A stretch of 32,000 nt of DNA, taken from positions 1 to 32,000 of the forward strand of contig PRDJ01000033.1 of assembly GCA_003345555.1 (NCBI GenBank), in the 5' to 3' direction. A program made the position numbers and the translations under genes. Below the pieces are notes generated by a model. That model was not told the DNA's origin. It saw only the letters and a program-made list of their open reading frames with translations, and did not search any database. Each line of letters opens with the position of its first letter. Position 1 is the first letter of the stretch. Positions 1 to 8,316 of the stretch are shown in pieces. The DNA comes from Candidatus Thorarchaeota archaeon (GTDB lineage: Archaea; Asgardarchaeota; Thorarchaeia; Thorarchaeales; Thorarchaeaceae).

Positions 1-552
1 TGCATGCATGTATATCTTGCATGCCCTTTCAAGCAGGACAGCATCATCGAAGGCGTCCCTCAGGGTTCTGTCGCAACACAAAGCTCCGTGATTCGCAATC
101 AGTACGGCACTTCTCATCTCGAGACCTTCAACCACTGCCTTGCCTAACGCAGTAGAACCGGGCTGAGCATACTTGGATACCCGTATCTCACCACCCAATC
201 TTGCAGTTACTTCGTCAATGACGGGGGGGAGGGGCTTGTGCAAGATGGCCATGGCTGTGGCATAGATACTGTGAGTATGTATCACAGCATTGACATCCTT
301 CCTCTGACGGTAGACCTCAAGGTGAGTCGGCGTCTCTGAGCTGGGATTCATCTTACCCTCGACAACGTTTCCCTCCATGTCCAGAATCATGACATCCTCG
401 GGCAGCATTTGGTCGTAGTGCTTCTGGCTGTAAGTTATTGCAACGTGATCATCGACTCTTGCGCTCACGTTGCCTGCAGTTCCAGCAACAAGCCCTTCCT
501 TGAGTAATTCCTTGCAGATACCTTGTATCTCTTTCTTCACTTTCTCGTACAT
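1..552 (-). CDS. Class II aldolase/adducin family protein (L-fuculose-phosphate aldolase-like); 3' end runs off the window
   Basis: Not in the ORF track; translated by hand from ATG at 552, which overlaps the kinase stop (TAATG): MYEKVKKEIQGICKELLKEGLVAGTAGNVSARVDD...PSSETPTHLEVY...VIHTHSIYATA...LIANHGAL...LLERACKIYMHA, open to position 1. It carries the GTAGNVS phosphate loop, PSSE catalytic Glu, and HxH plus NHG Zn-ligand His motifs. Confidence 0.92.
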   Translation of the reverse strand, partial: MYEKVKKEIQGICKELLKEGLVAGTAGNVSARVDDHVAITYSQKHYDQMLPEDVMILDMEGNVVEGKMNPSSETPTHLEVYRQRKDVNAVIHTHSIYATAMAILHKPLPPVIDEVTARLGGEIRVSKYAQPGSTALGKAVVEGLEMRSAVLIANHGALCCDRTLRDAFDDAVLLERACKIYMHA

Positions 553-2060
553 TACTGTTCATCTCGATGACCGTACCAAATCTCCGTCCACTTGGAGTAG
601 CACGACTTGTAGGCATTCGCTCTCTCGTCAGGATCCACAACTGGTTTCCACTGTACCATCGCGTGAGCCGCAGCCTGCAAACTGGGATACCAGCCAGCGC
701 CACGCGCTGCGCAGATTGCCGCCCCAAGGAGGCTACCTTCTGATTGAAGCGTGGTATGCACCGGTGTGTTCAGTACGTTGGCAAGCATTTCTGTCCAAAC
801 TGCACCACGGGTCATACCGCCTATCGCCTTCACCGCCTTCACCTGCGCGAACTCAGCGAGCTGGTCGCAGTTGCCACGTATTGAGTAAGTAATATTTTCC
901 ATAACTGCATGAATCAAACTTGCTGCATTCAGGGAAACAACATTCGGAAGAGCAGGCTGAGGGAAGAAGATTCTCGCTTGAGGCACTTCGGTCATCTTTC
1001 TACAATCCATGATGCTCGGTCCCAAGCCCGCATAGGTCTCATTGCTGCCCGGCGGAATCGAGGCAACAACCTCGGACAGCTTGCTGAATGTCTGGCTGAC
1101 GCACTTCTCCGGATTCTCAGCGCGTTCACAAAGCAGACGGACGGCCCAATCAAGAAGAGCACCAGTAAGCATGGAATTGCTCTCTACGGTCCACTGTCCG
1201 GGAATCATATGGCAGCTCGTCCAGAGCTTCTGATCCGGCACACATATCGCGCAATCCGTAACCAGCATCGAGGGCGCTGTACTGCCTGCTATGACCGTAA
1301 TCTCGTTAACATCCGTCTCGGTCGCAACCAATGCACAATGGGTGTCGGTCCCGCCCTGAGCAACCTTAAGCCCTGCGGGCAGCCCACATTCTCGTTCTGC
1401 TTGTTTGCTGACTTCGCCAACGATGGTTCCAGCTTCGTGTATCTCAGGCAGGATTGACAAGTCTGCTTGAACAGCATCCGCTATGTCAGGACTCCAATCC
1501 CTCGACTTGACATCGAAGAAACCCGTACCACTTGCAGACGAGGGATCTGCAACGAAGGACCCGGAAAGTCGGTAGGTGATCCAGTCATTTATGGGGAGCA
1601 TGTGGGCCACCGTTTGGCGAATCTCAGGCTCTTCTTCTTCGAACCATGCGAGTCTCGATGGAGCAAAGACCAGCGGAGGCCAGCAACCCGTAATCTCGTG
1701 GAATCTCTCCCCTAGAGCATCTTCAATGATGTATTGAGTCATGGCTCCGCGTGCGTCCATGTTAGGACCGCCATAGAGCTCTTGTCCATCCTTGTCAAGA
1801 AAGACCACTCCGTGGCGCTGGCTTGTTGTGGCGACAGCTTCAATCTCCGACTTGGGAATACCTGAGACCTTCAAAGCCTGCCGAATGACAGCACATGTAA
1901 GATTCCAGAATTCCTTGGGGCTGAACTCCTTCGCTATCTCAAGGCTGGCAGGAGTTGTATAACCCCAAGGCTTTCTGCCCGCTCCAAGGACTTCGCCATG
2001 ACGACTCACAATCATACATCTTACGCCGGTCGTCCCGGCGTCAATGGCGGCCACTACCAT
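552..2060 (-). CDS. FGGY-family carbohydrate kinase, autoinducer-2 kinase (LsrK)-like subfamily
   Basis: N-terminal IDAGTTGVR ATPase motif, TSQRHGVV, GGTD, and C-terminal GG...E-G-S-LLGAA. PNMDARG replaces the usual W-x-D-x-R and resembles LsrK ANVDAR. AGGAGG RBS lies 7 nt upstream of the ATG. Confidence 0.9.
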   Translation of the reverse strand: MVVAAIDAGTTGVRCMIVSRHGEVLGAGRKPWGYTTPASLEIAKEFSPKEFWNLTCAVIRQALKVSGIPKSEIEAVATTSQRHGVVFLDKDGQELYGGPNMDARGAMTQYIIEDALGERFHEITGCWPPLVFAPSRLAWFEEEEPEIRQTVAHMLPINDWITYRLSGSFVADPSSASGTGFFDVKSRDWSPDIADAVQADLSILPEIHEAGTIVGEVSKQAERECGLPAGLKVAQGGTDTHCALVATETDVNEITVIAGSTAPSMLVTDCAICVPDQKLWTSCHMIPGQWTVESNSMLTGALLDWAVRLLCERAENPEKCVSQTFSKLSEVVASIPPGSNETYAGLGPSIMDCRKMTEVPQARIFFPQPALPNVVSLNAASLIHAVMENITYSIRGNCDQLAEFAQVKAVKAIGGMTRGAVWTEMLANVLNTPVHTTLQSEGSLLGAAICAARGAGWYPSLQAAAHAMVQWKPVVDPDERANAYKSCYSKWTEIWYGHRDEQ

Positions 2061-3077
2061 CTACTTGCCCCTCCTTTCGAATACCTCGGGGTTCAACACG
2101 TGCAGCGGTCTTTTGCCCCTGACAAAGGCAACGATGTCAGCTGCAATCATTGCTGATTGACGTTCCATAGTCTCTATTGTATTCCCGCCCATGTGTGGAG
2201 TAACAACAACATTGTCAAGACCTAGAAACACATTGTCAGAGTCAACAGGTTCCATCGAGAAAACATCAAGGCCCGCACCTGCAATTGTCGCGGATTTGAG
2301 AGCATCCAGAAGGGCCGCTTCATCAGCGACCATCGCCCTTGCTGTATTGATGAATATGGCTGTCTTCTTCATCTGTGCGAATTGCTTCGCACCTATCATT
2401 CCCTTTGTCTCGGGAGTTGGCGGGCAGTGGATTGTTACGATATCAGAGCGCTTCAGTAGCTCGTCAAGCTTCACTACCTCAGCTCCAACTTGACGAACTC
2501 TTGTGTTGTCCACGTATGGGTCATAAACGAGAAGTCGCAACCCAAAAGCTTGGAGACGTTTTGCGACTTCAAACCCAATCGAACCAAGACCAATGATGCC
2601 AACACTCCGGCCATATAGCTCGAAGCCCGCCAATGTCTTGTACATACGGGCGAAATCCCCGAAGCTATTTACGAAGAAATCGCCTTTCAGAAAACGTTCA
2701 CACGAAACAATCTTGCGGGCAACGCTCAAAATCAGTCCTATCGTATGCTCTGCGACAGCATTCGTGTTCCTGCCCGGGGCACTGATCACAGGAATCCTCT
2801 TGGCAGTCGCAGCCGGGATGGAGATGTTGTTCGGGTCGTTCCTCGCAGACCCGATGAGCTTCAGAGATGTGCTGGCAATCACTTCTTCCTTGACCTCGTC
2901 GCCCTCCACCACAACAACGTCAGCACCAGCCTCTTTGATTGGCTTAGTGAGAGAATCTCCCAAGTAGAGCTTGCCTGTCTCAAGCCAGCTCTGGTGCACA
3001 ACCGTCACACCAGCATCTCTGAGGGTCTTCAGTCCAGACTCGGAAAATGGTGCAGTTATGAGTGCTTTCACGTCCAT
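2061..3077 (-). CDS. D-isomer-specific 2-hydroxyacid dehydrogenase (SerA/GyaR-like, NAD-binding)
   Basis: Rossmann GIIGLGSIG...VYDPY, N-x-x-AVAEH, INTAR (Arg), LDVF-x-x-EP (Glu), TPHMGG (His). No ACT domain. ATG at 3077 follows an in-frame GTG at 3080. Confidence 0.92.
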   Translation of the reverse strand: MDVKALITAPFSESGLKTLRDAGVTVVHQSWLETGKLYLGDSLTKPIKEAGADVVVVEGDEVKEEVIASTSLKLIGSARNDPNNISIPAATAKRIPVISAPGRNTNAVAEHTIGLILSVARKIVSCERFLKGDFFVNSFGDFARMYKTLAGFELYGRSVGIIGLGSIGFEVAKRLQAFGLRLLVYDPYVDNTRVRQVGAEVVKLDELLKRSDIVTIHCPPTPETKGMIGAKQFAQMKKTAIFINTARAMVADEAALLDALKSATIAGAGLDVFSMEPVDSDNVFLGLDNVVVTPHMGGNTIETMERQSAMIAADIVAFVRGKRPLHVLNPEVFERRGK

Positions 3078-3114
3078 CACCGTGACCCGCGTATTGAACC
3101 GGAATGAACGCCGC

Positions 3115-3128
3115 CCTTAAAACATTCA
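3115..3128 (-). promoter_or_regulatory. Putative archaeal BRE-TATA promoter of the dehydrogenase-kinase-aldolase operon
   Basis: Minus strand reads TGAATGTTTTAAGG about 40 nt upstream of the ATG at 3077. The same GAA-N2-4-TT(T/A)TA pattern recurs upstream of several genes in the window. Confidence 0.5.
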
Positions 3129-3236
3129 TGGACTCGCGTCAAGATAGTCACGCCGTCATGGACACCGGACCTGACTCCGCATACTGTGATCAAAGGCCGA
3201 TGAAACGATAGAAAACCCGGAACCAGACGTTTCGAC

Positions 3237-3569
3237 CTACAACAGGAGCTTCTGCAACTTCAGCAGATCAGGGACCTCGCCTTTTGTCTTTAGCTTGCCC
3301 GCGGAATACGCCGCCATGGGACTTTCTGTCTTGGCCATTATGCCGAGGAAGACCGTGGAGTCCATTGTCACCTGCAATTCAGATGGTACTACTCCCTCAC
3401 CGACTGCTAGGACTTTTCCATCACCAATTTTCAGATACATGCTTGTATTGATATCAGGAAATACAAACTGGAGCGTCTTGTTGTAGCCCACGAATCTCTT
3501 CTGTATCTTGGGGTCATCGAATCGCTTCGCGATTTCTTTGAGGTGAGCTAGTACCTTCTCTCTAGACAT
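3237..3569 (-). CDS. SCP2 sterol/lipid-binding domain protein
   Basis: About 110 aa from MSREKVL (ATG 3569; the track start at 3677 is probably too long). C-terminal pattern 'LQVTMDSTVFLGIMAKTESPMAAYSAGKLKTKGEVPDLLKLQKLL' is typical of SCP2 (A-x3-GKLK-x-x-G). Confidence 0.85.
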   Translation of the reverse strand: MSREKVLAHLKEIAKRFDDPKIQKRFVGYNKTLQFVFPDINTSMYLKIGDGKVLAVGEGVVPSELQVTMDSTVFLGIMAKTESPMAAYSAGKLKTKGEVPDLLKLQKLLL

Positions 3570-3786
3570 CCAAATACCTTGACCTGAACAGATTACAAAT
3601 GCGGATTTATCCTCTATGTATTTCCCGGCCTGTGGTCTCCCCGCCATGTCAAGCTCCGACCGGAGGCTTCGCTTCATGCGACGGTTGCTCCCTTAGCATG
3701 TCCGCAAAGGCTTAACGGGAAATACGATTGATTGAAGCAGTGATACGCCCAAGTGGTGTATTCCACAACTAGTGGTGCTAGGCAGT

Positions 3787-4494
3787 ATGAGTGATATCTT
3801 TGGCATGATAATGCACGATGCCAGTGAGGGGCAGATGGCAGAACACAAGATCGAACGAGATGATGGTTTTGTAACTGACAGCAATGGCAAGCAATACGTT
3901 GCCCCGATTGAAGAATGGCAGGAATCCGAAAGACTCGCAATTCCAGTTGCCAAGAGCCCTGTCTTAGACATAGGGTGCGGAGCTGGCCGCGTAGGTCAGT
4001 ACTTGATTGTCCACGGATTAGATTGGGTTGGCATAGATGTCTCGCCTGGTGCAATAGAGGCATGCAGACGGAGAGGCCTCGACAGTGTACATCTCATGTC
4101 GGCCGATGAAATCAGACTCAGAAGACGAGACTTCAGAACTGTCATTATGTTTGGCAATAACTTTGGTGTCGTTGGAGGCAAGGATAAGGTCGCAAAGATG
4201 CTGAAGCAATTATACAAGGTAACGACTCGGGATGCAATAATACTGGCAGGCTCAAGGGATCCTAGGGCCACAGATGAAGAGGCACATCTGAAATACCATC
4301 AGTGGAATCAGTCTCGTGGTAGACCCGCGGGACTCGTCAGGCTTAGGATGCACTACAAGGGTTTGACTGGTCAGTGGTTCGAACTATTGTTGAGCAGTCC
4401 TGAAGAGATGAGCGAGGTGGCCGAACGCGCAGGCTGGCACCTTACCAAGACGTTCGGCGAAAGGAAGTACTACGTAGGGCTACTGGAAAAGTAA
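3787..4494 (+). CDS. Class I SAM-dependent methyltransferase
   Basis: Motif I VLDIGCGAGR, post-I GIDVS, motif IV IMFGNNFG. Start at ATG 3787 (MSDIFG...IERDDG) is preferred over the track GTG at 3772. Substrate unknown. Confidence 0.88.
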   Translation: MSDIFGMIMHDASEGQMAEHKIERDDGFVTDSNGKQYVAPIEEWQESERLAIPVAKSPVLDIGCGAGRVGQYLIVHGLDWVGIDVSPGAIEACRRRGLDSVHLMSADEIRLRRRDFRTVIMFGNNFGVVGGKDKVAKMLKQLYKVTTRDAIILAGSRDPRATDEEAHLKYHQWNQSRGRPAGLVRLRMHYKGLTGQWFELLLSSPEEMSEVAERAGWHLTKTFGERKYYVGLLEK

Positions 4495-4555
4495 CAATAA
4501 TCGTGAATCGGGATTCCGAACTTATTTTGCAGCCATTCATAATGCTGAATAGACC

Positions 4556-5461
4556 GTGTCTGTTCTGGAAGAACTAGGCTGGTGGGTTTACTGTTTGAAA
4601 GGATTTGATAAGCTTCATGAAAAGCTGCCCGGCTACCCAGGCAGGAGAATCGCGCTATTGCCGCTCAGGGGATTGGTAGCTTCGACAGTAGCTTTTCTAG
4701 GCCTGATCTTATTGGACATCCTGCCACGCATCTTCAGCAGTGTTGAGCTACTCGTACTAGCTGAACCTTTCATTCCGCTACTTGGTAGCCTCCTGGTCGC
4801 GGCAGTTGGATTGTGGCTCATAGGAAGCCTGTGGAACAAGAGAGATGTGATGAAGGCCAAGTATGGTAGTCTTGCATACCAAAAGATGATATCCAGAGGA
4901 GTTGTGGGCGTGTTCCTTATTCCTTCTCTCGTCTTTCATGCATTCACCTCAATTCGTTCATTGCCTCCTAGCCCTCCAGTTAATGAACTCACGACTCAGT
5001 GGTCACAATCGCTACTGTTTGCCTTCGGGATTACTGGGGATGCTGATCTGCTGCTGCGCATCGGGGTAGCAGCATTCCTATTTGCCTTGGGCGCCCTCAC
5101 TGTACGCAGCGCGCTCACCACATTCGGAATAGACTACATGACCGTCGTATACCTCTATTTTCCAGACGAATCGGAAGTGCAACAGCATGAAATCTATTCA
5201 GTCGTACGTCATCCTGCGTATTTGGGAGCTGTTCTTATGGGCGCCGCAGCATTCGTGTTCAGATGCTCCGTTTACTCTGCTCTGATTTTCATAATCGTAT
5301 ACGGCGTGTTCAGAATCCAGATCGCACGTGAAGAAAGAGAGCTTGTTGAGAGATTCGGTAACTCATACAAGGACTATATGAAGAAAGTTCCTGCGCTTCA
5401 TGTTCGGCTGCATAGCATAAGGGCTTTCGCAAGATTTCTGACATACAGACCTTCTAGATGA
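4556..5461 (+). CDS. Isoprenylcysteine carboxyl methyltransferase (ICMT/PEMT)-family membrane protein
   Basis: C-terminal IYSVVRHPAYLG and EERELVERFGNSYKDYMKKVP motifs; several hydrophobic TM segments upstream. Start codon uncertain (GTG). Confidence 0.85.
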   Translation: MSVLEELGWWVYCLKGFDKLHEKLPGYPGRRIALLPLRGLVASTVAFLGLILLDILPRIFSSVELLVLAEPFIPLLGSLLVAAVGLWLIGSLWNKRDVMKAKYGSLAYQKMISRGVVGVFLIPSLVFHAFTSIRSLPPSPPVNELTTQWSQSLLFAFGITGDADLLLRIGVAAFLFALGALTVRSALTTFGIDYMTVVYLYFPDESEVQQHEIYSVVRHPAYLGAVLMGAAAFVFRCSVYSALIFIIVYGVFRIQIAREERELVERFGNSYKDYMKKVPALHVRLHSIRAFARFLTYRPSR

Positions 5462-5599
5462 CAGCTGCTTGACCCCGTGTTCGGCTCGGACTTCGGCGCC
5501 ACCTTTGTCACTCCATGGCTAAATCGATAATGAGATTCGGAGCGCCACAGGCAATCTATTAGGGAGAGCCTGTAGCGTTACGAAGATAAGGAGACTCCT

Positions 5600-6025
5600 G
5601 TGAAATCCTATGAGCAAAAGGAGGAATTCGTGTTGGCAGTCTCAACAAATACACCAAGGAATTCAACACCTCTTGGCGTCTCGATCCTTGCGCTTCTTGA
5701 TGTCGTAATTGGTATCTTCTCAGTGTGGGTAGGCGTGAATACCGAGTTCATCAGACTAGGTCATCATCTTGTGATGATAGACACCGTGCAGCTTGGCGAC
5801 CTAGTACTTGGGATCGTCCTCATAATAGCGGGATTCGGCCTGTGGAAGATGAAGTACTGGGCTTGGCTGATTAGTGTGCTGTTCATGATCATAGGTCTCG
5901 TCTTGAATGTTGGCGCAGTGTTGATCGACTTCGAACTCATTCATCGCTACATCTTGGCGATTCTGGTCCGCATTATCGTGATTGCGTATCTGTTGCAGCC
6001 AGAAATAAGCAGCAAGTTCAAGTAA
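5600..6025 (+). CDS. Hypothetical membrane protein, about 4 TM helices
   Basis: Four hydrophobic stretches, GLWKMKYWAW loop and charged termini. RBS-like AAGGAG precedes both GTG 5600 and GTG 5630, so the start is ambiguous. Confidence 0.7.
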   Translation: MKSYEQKEEFVLAVSTNTPRNSTPLGVSILALLDVVIGIFSVWVGVNTEFIRLGHHLVMIDTVQLGDLVLGIVLIIAGFGLWKMKYWAWLISVLFMIIGLVLNVGAVLIDFELIHRYILAILVRIIVIAYLLQPEISSKFK

Positions 6026-6040
6026 CTGATTAGATTGGGT

Positions 6041-7504
6041 ATGAGTGTTCTCGGCGGCGAGGACCATTTAGACCCAACTGCCCATTGGGCAGAAAGGGAG
6101 CTTGCGAACATGGGCTTGAGAGCGAAGGTGAGCTATGCTTCAGGAAACTTGGGAGCATCTCTACTCTACAACGCCTTCGCGACATTTGCATTGACCTTCT
6201 ACGTTGACAAGAAATACATCGGACTTGATGGAGTCCTGTACGGGATGGCAATCGCCATATACGGTGTATGGAACGCGATTAACGATCCTCTTTTCGGGGT
6301 CCTCTCAGACAGAACACGTACTAGGTGGGGGAGAAGAAGGCCTTACATATTCATAGGTGCAATCTTCCTCTTCGTGACATACTTGCTGGTCTGGACTCCT
6401 CCGGTGACAGGGCTTCCACTAGCTGAACCATTCAATATCCCGATATTCATCTACTTCCTTCTCACCATAATCGCATTCGACGGGTTCTACACGCTGGTCA
6501 GTGTCCCTTACGTTTCCATGTTTCCGGAGCTCTATGAAAGTCCAAAGGACAGATCACAGGTTCAGCTCTTCAGACAGTTGTTTGCAGCCTTGGGTCTCAT
6601 ACTCGCTTTCACGATGCCAATGATGATTGAAACTCTGTCAAGGACAATGACAGTATACGATGCTTACAAGTACGTGGGCCTAGCCCTTGGCGTGGTGGGA
6701 TCAGTTCCTTTCATAATCTCCGTAATCTGGAACAAGGAAAGAAAGGAACTAAGCCTAGAGACAAATCCTTCACTTGGGCCAACTCTGAAGACCACGTTAG
6801 GGAATAGGACGTTCCTCATATTCGCCGTGGCCTACCTAATGATACAGTATGCCTTTCTGTGGATGCAGAGCATGCTGGAGTTTTTCTCAACTAACATCCT
6901 CGGTATAGGAAAAGGCGACGTGACGATCTTGTTGCTGGCCATGTTCGTCTCAGCGCTGCCATTTCTTGCGGTGTGGGCCGCAGCTTACAGGAAATACGGG
7001 ACTAGGAAATGCTTCATCGCGACCATGTCTGTCTTCGCGATTTCACTCCAGCCGTTTCTGTTTGTATCGGGCCTCACTCAGGTTTTGCCCATAATGTTCG
7101 TTGCTGGCGTTGGCCTCTCAGGATACATGATGCTGCCTGAAGTAATGGTGAGCGAGATTATTGATGAAGACGAGGTCAAGTCAGGGATCAGAAGAGAAGG
7201 AGTATACTTCGGAATGAATGGCTTTCTCGGGAGATTTGGATTCGTACTAAGCGGATTGACAGCCGCGTTCTTCTTTGGACTGACCGGATATCAGGGTGGT
7301 ACTCCGCCGACACCAGAAGTCAGTCTGATATTCAGGCTGGCCATGACGACAATCCCGCTGATGGCCATGGGGCTCGCACTTGTCTGTCTGAAGTACTACC
7401 CGCTTCACGGGGAAAGACTAGATGCAGTAAGAAAAGCAATGGACAAGATGCACATGGAAAAGGCAGAGCGTCTGGAGGCAGCCCCTAAAGAAGAGAAGCT
7501 ATGA
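6041..7504 (+). CDS. MFS transporter, glycoside-pentoside-hexuronide (GPH/MelB-like) family
   Basis: WNAINDPLFGVLSDRTRTRWGRRRPYI signature, D-G-x-Y-T-x-x-x-VPY, C-terminal D-E-D-E-x-x-SG-x-RREG-x-YFG; about 12 TMs. Alternative starts at 6035 (TTG) and 6110 (ATG). Confidence 0.92.
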   Translation: MSVLGGEDHLDPTAHWAERELANMGLRAKVSYASGNLGASLLYNAFATFALTFYVDKKYIGLDGVLYGMAIAIYGVWNAINDPLFGVLSDRTRTRWGRRRPYIFIGAIFLFVTYLLVWTPPVTGLPLAEPFNIPIFIYFLLTIIAFDGFYTLVSVPYVSMFPELYESPKDRSQVQLFRQLFAALGLILAFTMPMMIETLSRTMTVYDAYKYVGLALGVVGSVPFIISVIWNKERKELSLETNPSLGPTLKTTLGNRTFLIFAVAYLMIQYAFLWMQSMLEFFSTNILGIGKGDVTILLLAMFVSALPFLAVWAAAYRKYGTRKCFIATMSVFAISLQPFLFVSGLTQVLPIMFVAGVGLSGYMMLPEVMVSEIIDEDEVKSGIRREGVYFGMNGFLGRFGFVLSGLTAAFFFGLTGYQGGTPPTPEVSLIFRLAMTTIPLMAMGLALVCLKYYPLHGERLDAVRKAMDKMHMEKAERLEAAPKEEKL

Positions 7505-8167
7505 GGATTGTTCCTCAATGCATCTAGGTCCCTCATTCGAGGGGTTGTTCACAAACGAGGATACACTAAAGACCTCCATGTCAATGGATGGATATGAATC
7601 AAGCAATGCCTTCAGTACTGACGAATCAACCTTCTCCTTTGTCAGCCACATATCGTACTCATCGCGCGAAAGAATTACTGGCATTCTGTTGTGAATCTTA
7701 GAAAGCAATTCGTTCGGCACGGTTGTGACAATCGTTGCACTCGCATTCACCTCAGCCGTTGGTGACTCCCAGAGGTCATACAACCCTGCAAATGCAAACG
7801 GCTCCCGCGACTTCAGGCGTACAAAGTAGGGAGTCTTGTTCCCGACCTTGCCCTTCCATTCATAGAATCCATCTGTTGGAATCAGGCATCTTCGATTCTT
7901 GAAAGAGTGGCGGTAGGTTGGCTTGACCTCGATTGTCTCAGCTCGTGCATTGATTGTACTGAAATCCGACGCAGGTTCCTTCGTCCAAAAAGGAATCAGA
8001 CCCCAACGCATCTCCACGAGCTTGCGTACATCATTCTGAATAATCACTGCGATTTCTTGTTCCGGCGCGACATTGTAACGCGGCTTCAGCTCTGCCATGA
8101 CCTGCCCTATTCCGAACTTGGCGACTAATATGCCAGCAGGGCTGAATAGACCAAACCGACCACACAT
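7499..8167 (-). CDS. SOS response-associated peptidase (SRAP; HMCES/YedK family) abasic-site DNA-protein crosslinker
   Basis: N-terminal MCGRF (catalytic Cys2), RYNVAP, INARAET, RRCLIP-x-DGFYEW, IHNRMPVIL, and C-terminal VNNPSNEGP. Confidence 0.95.
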   Translation of the reverse strand: MCGRFGLFSPAGILVAKFGIGQVMAELKPRYNVAPEQEIAVIIQNDVRKLVEMRWGLIPFWTKEPASDFSTINARAETIEVKPTYRHSFKNRRCLIPTDGFYEWKGKVGNKTPYFVRLKSREPFAFAGLYDLWESPTAEVNASATIVTTVPNELLSKIHNRMPVILSRDEYDMWLTKEKVDSSVLKALLDSYPSIDMEVFSVSSFVNNPSNEGPRCIEEQSS

Positions 8168-8250
8168 AATAAGCGGTTAATCCCTGTTCACAAAAGGCTT
8201 CGGTTGTGGCAGAGGTGTTAAGCAAGACGACCCGAGTGCTTGGCCTCTGA

Positions 8251-8265
8251 CAGAAAGATTATATC
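8251..8265 (+). promoter_or_regulatory. Putative BRE-TATA promoter of the first hdrA-like gene
   Basis: CAGAAAGATTATATC about 50 nt upstream of ATG 8317, in the divergent SRAP/hdrA intergenic region. Confidence 0.55.
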
Positions 8266-8316
8266 GACTCTCAGGGTGTCGACCTCGACACAACCGTAGC
8301 TCGGAGATCTCTATTG

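Noticed and set aside
2055-2075. In-frame TAG between dehydrogenase and kinase as pyrrolysine or read-through fusion
   Set aside because: The two ORFs are in the same frame (AAG TAG ATG), but a strong AGGAGG RBS precedes the ATG, both proteins are full-length on their own, and the stop is at the natural domain end. Translational coupling is the simpler reading.
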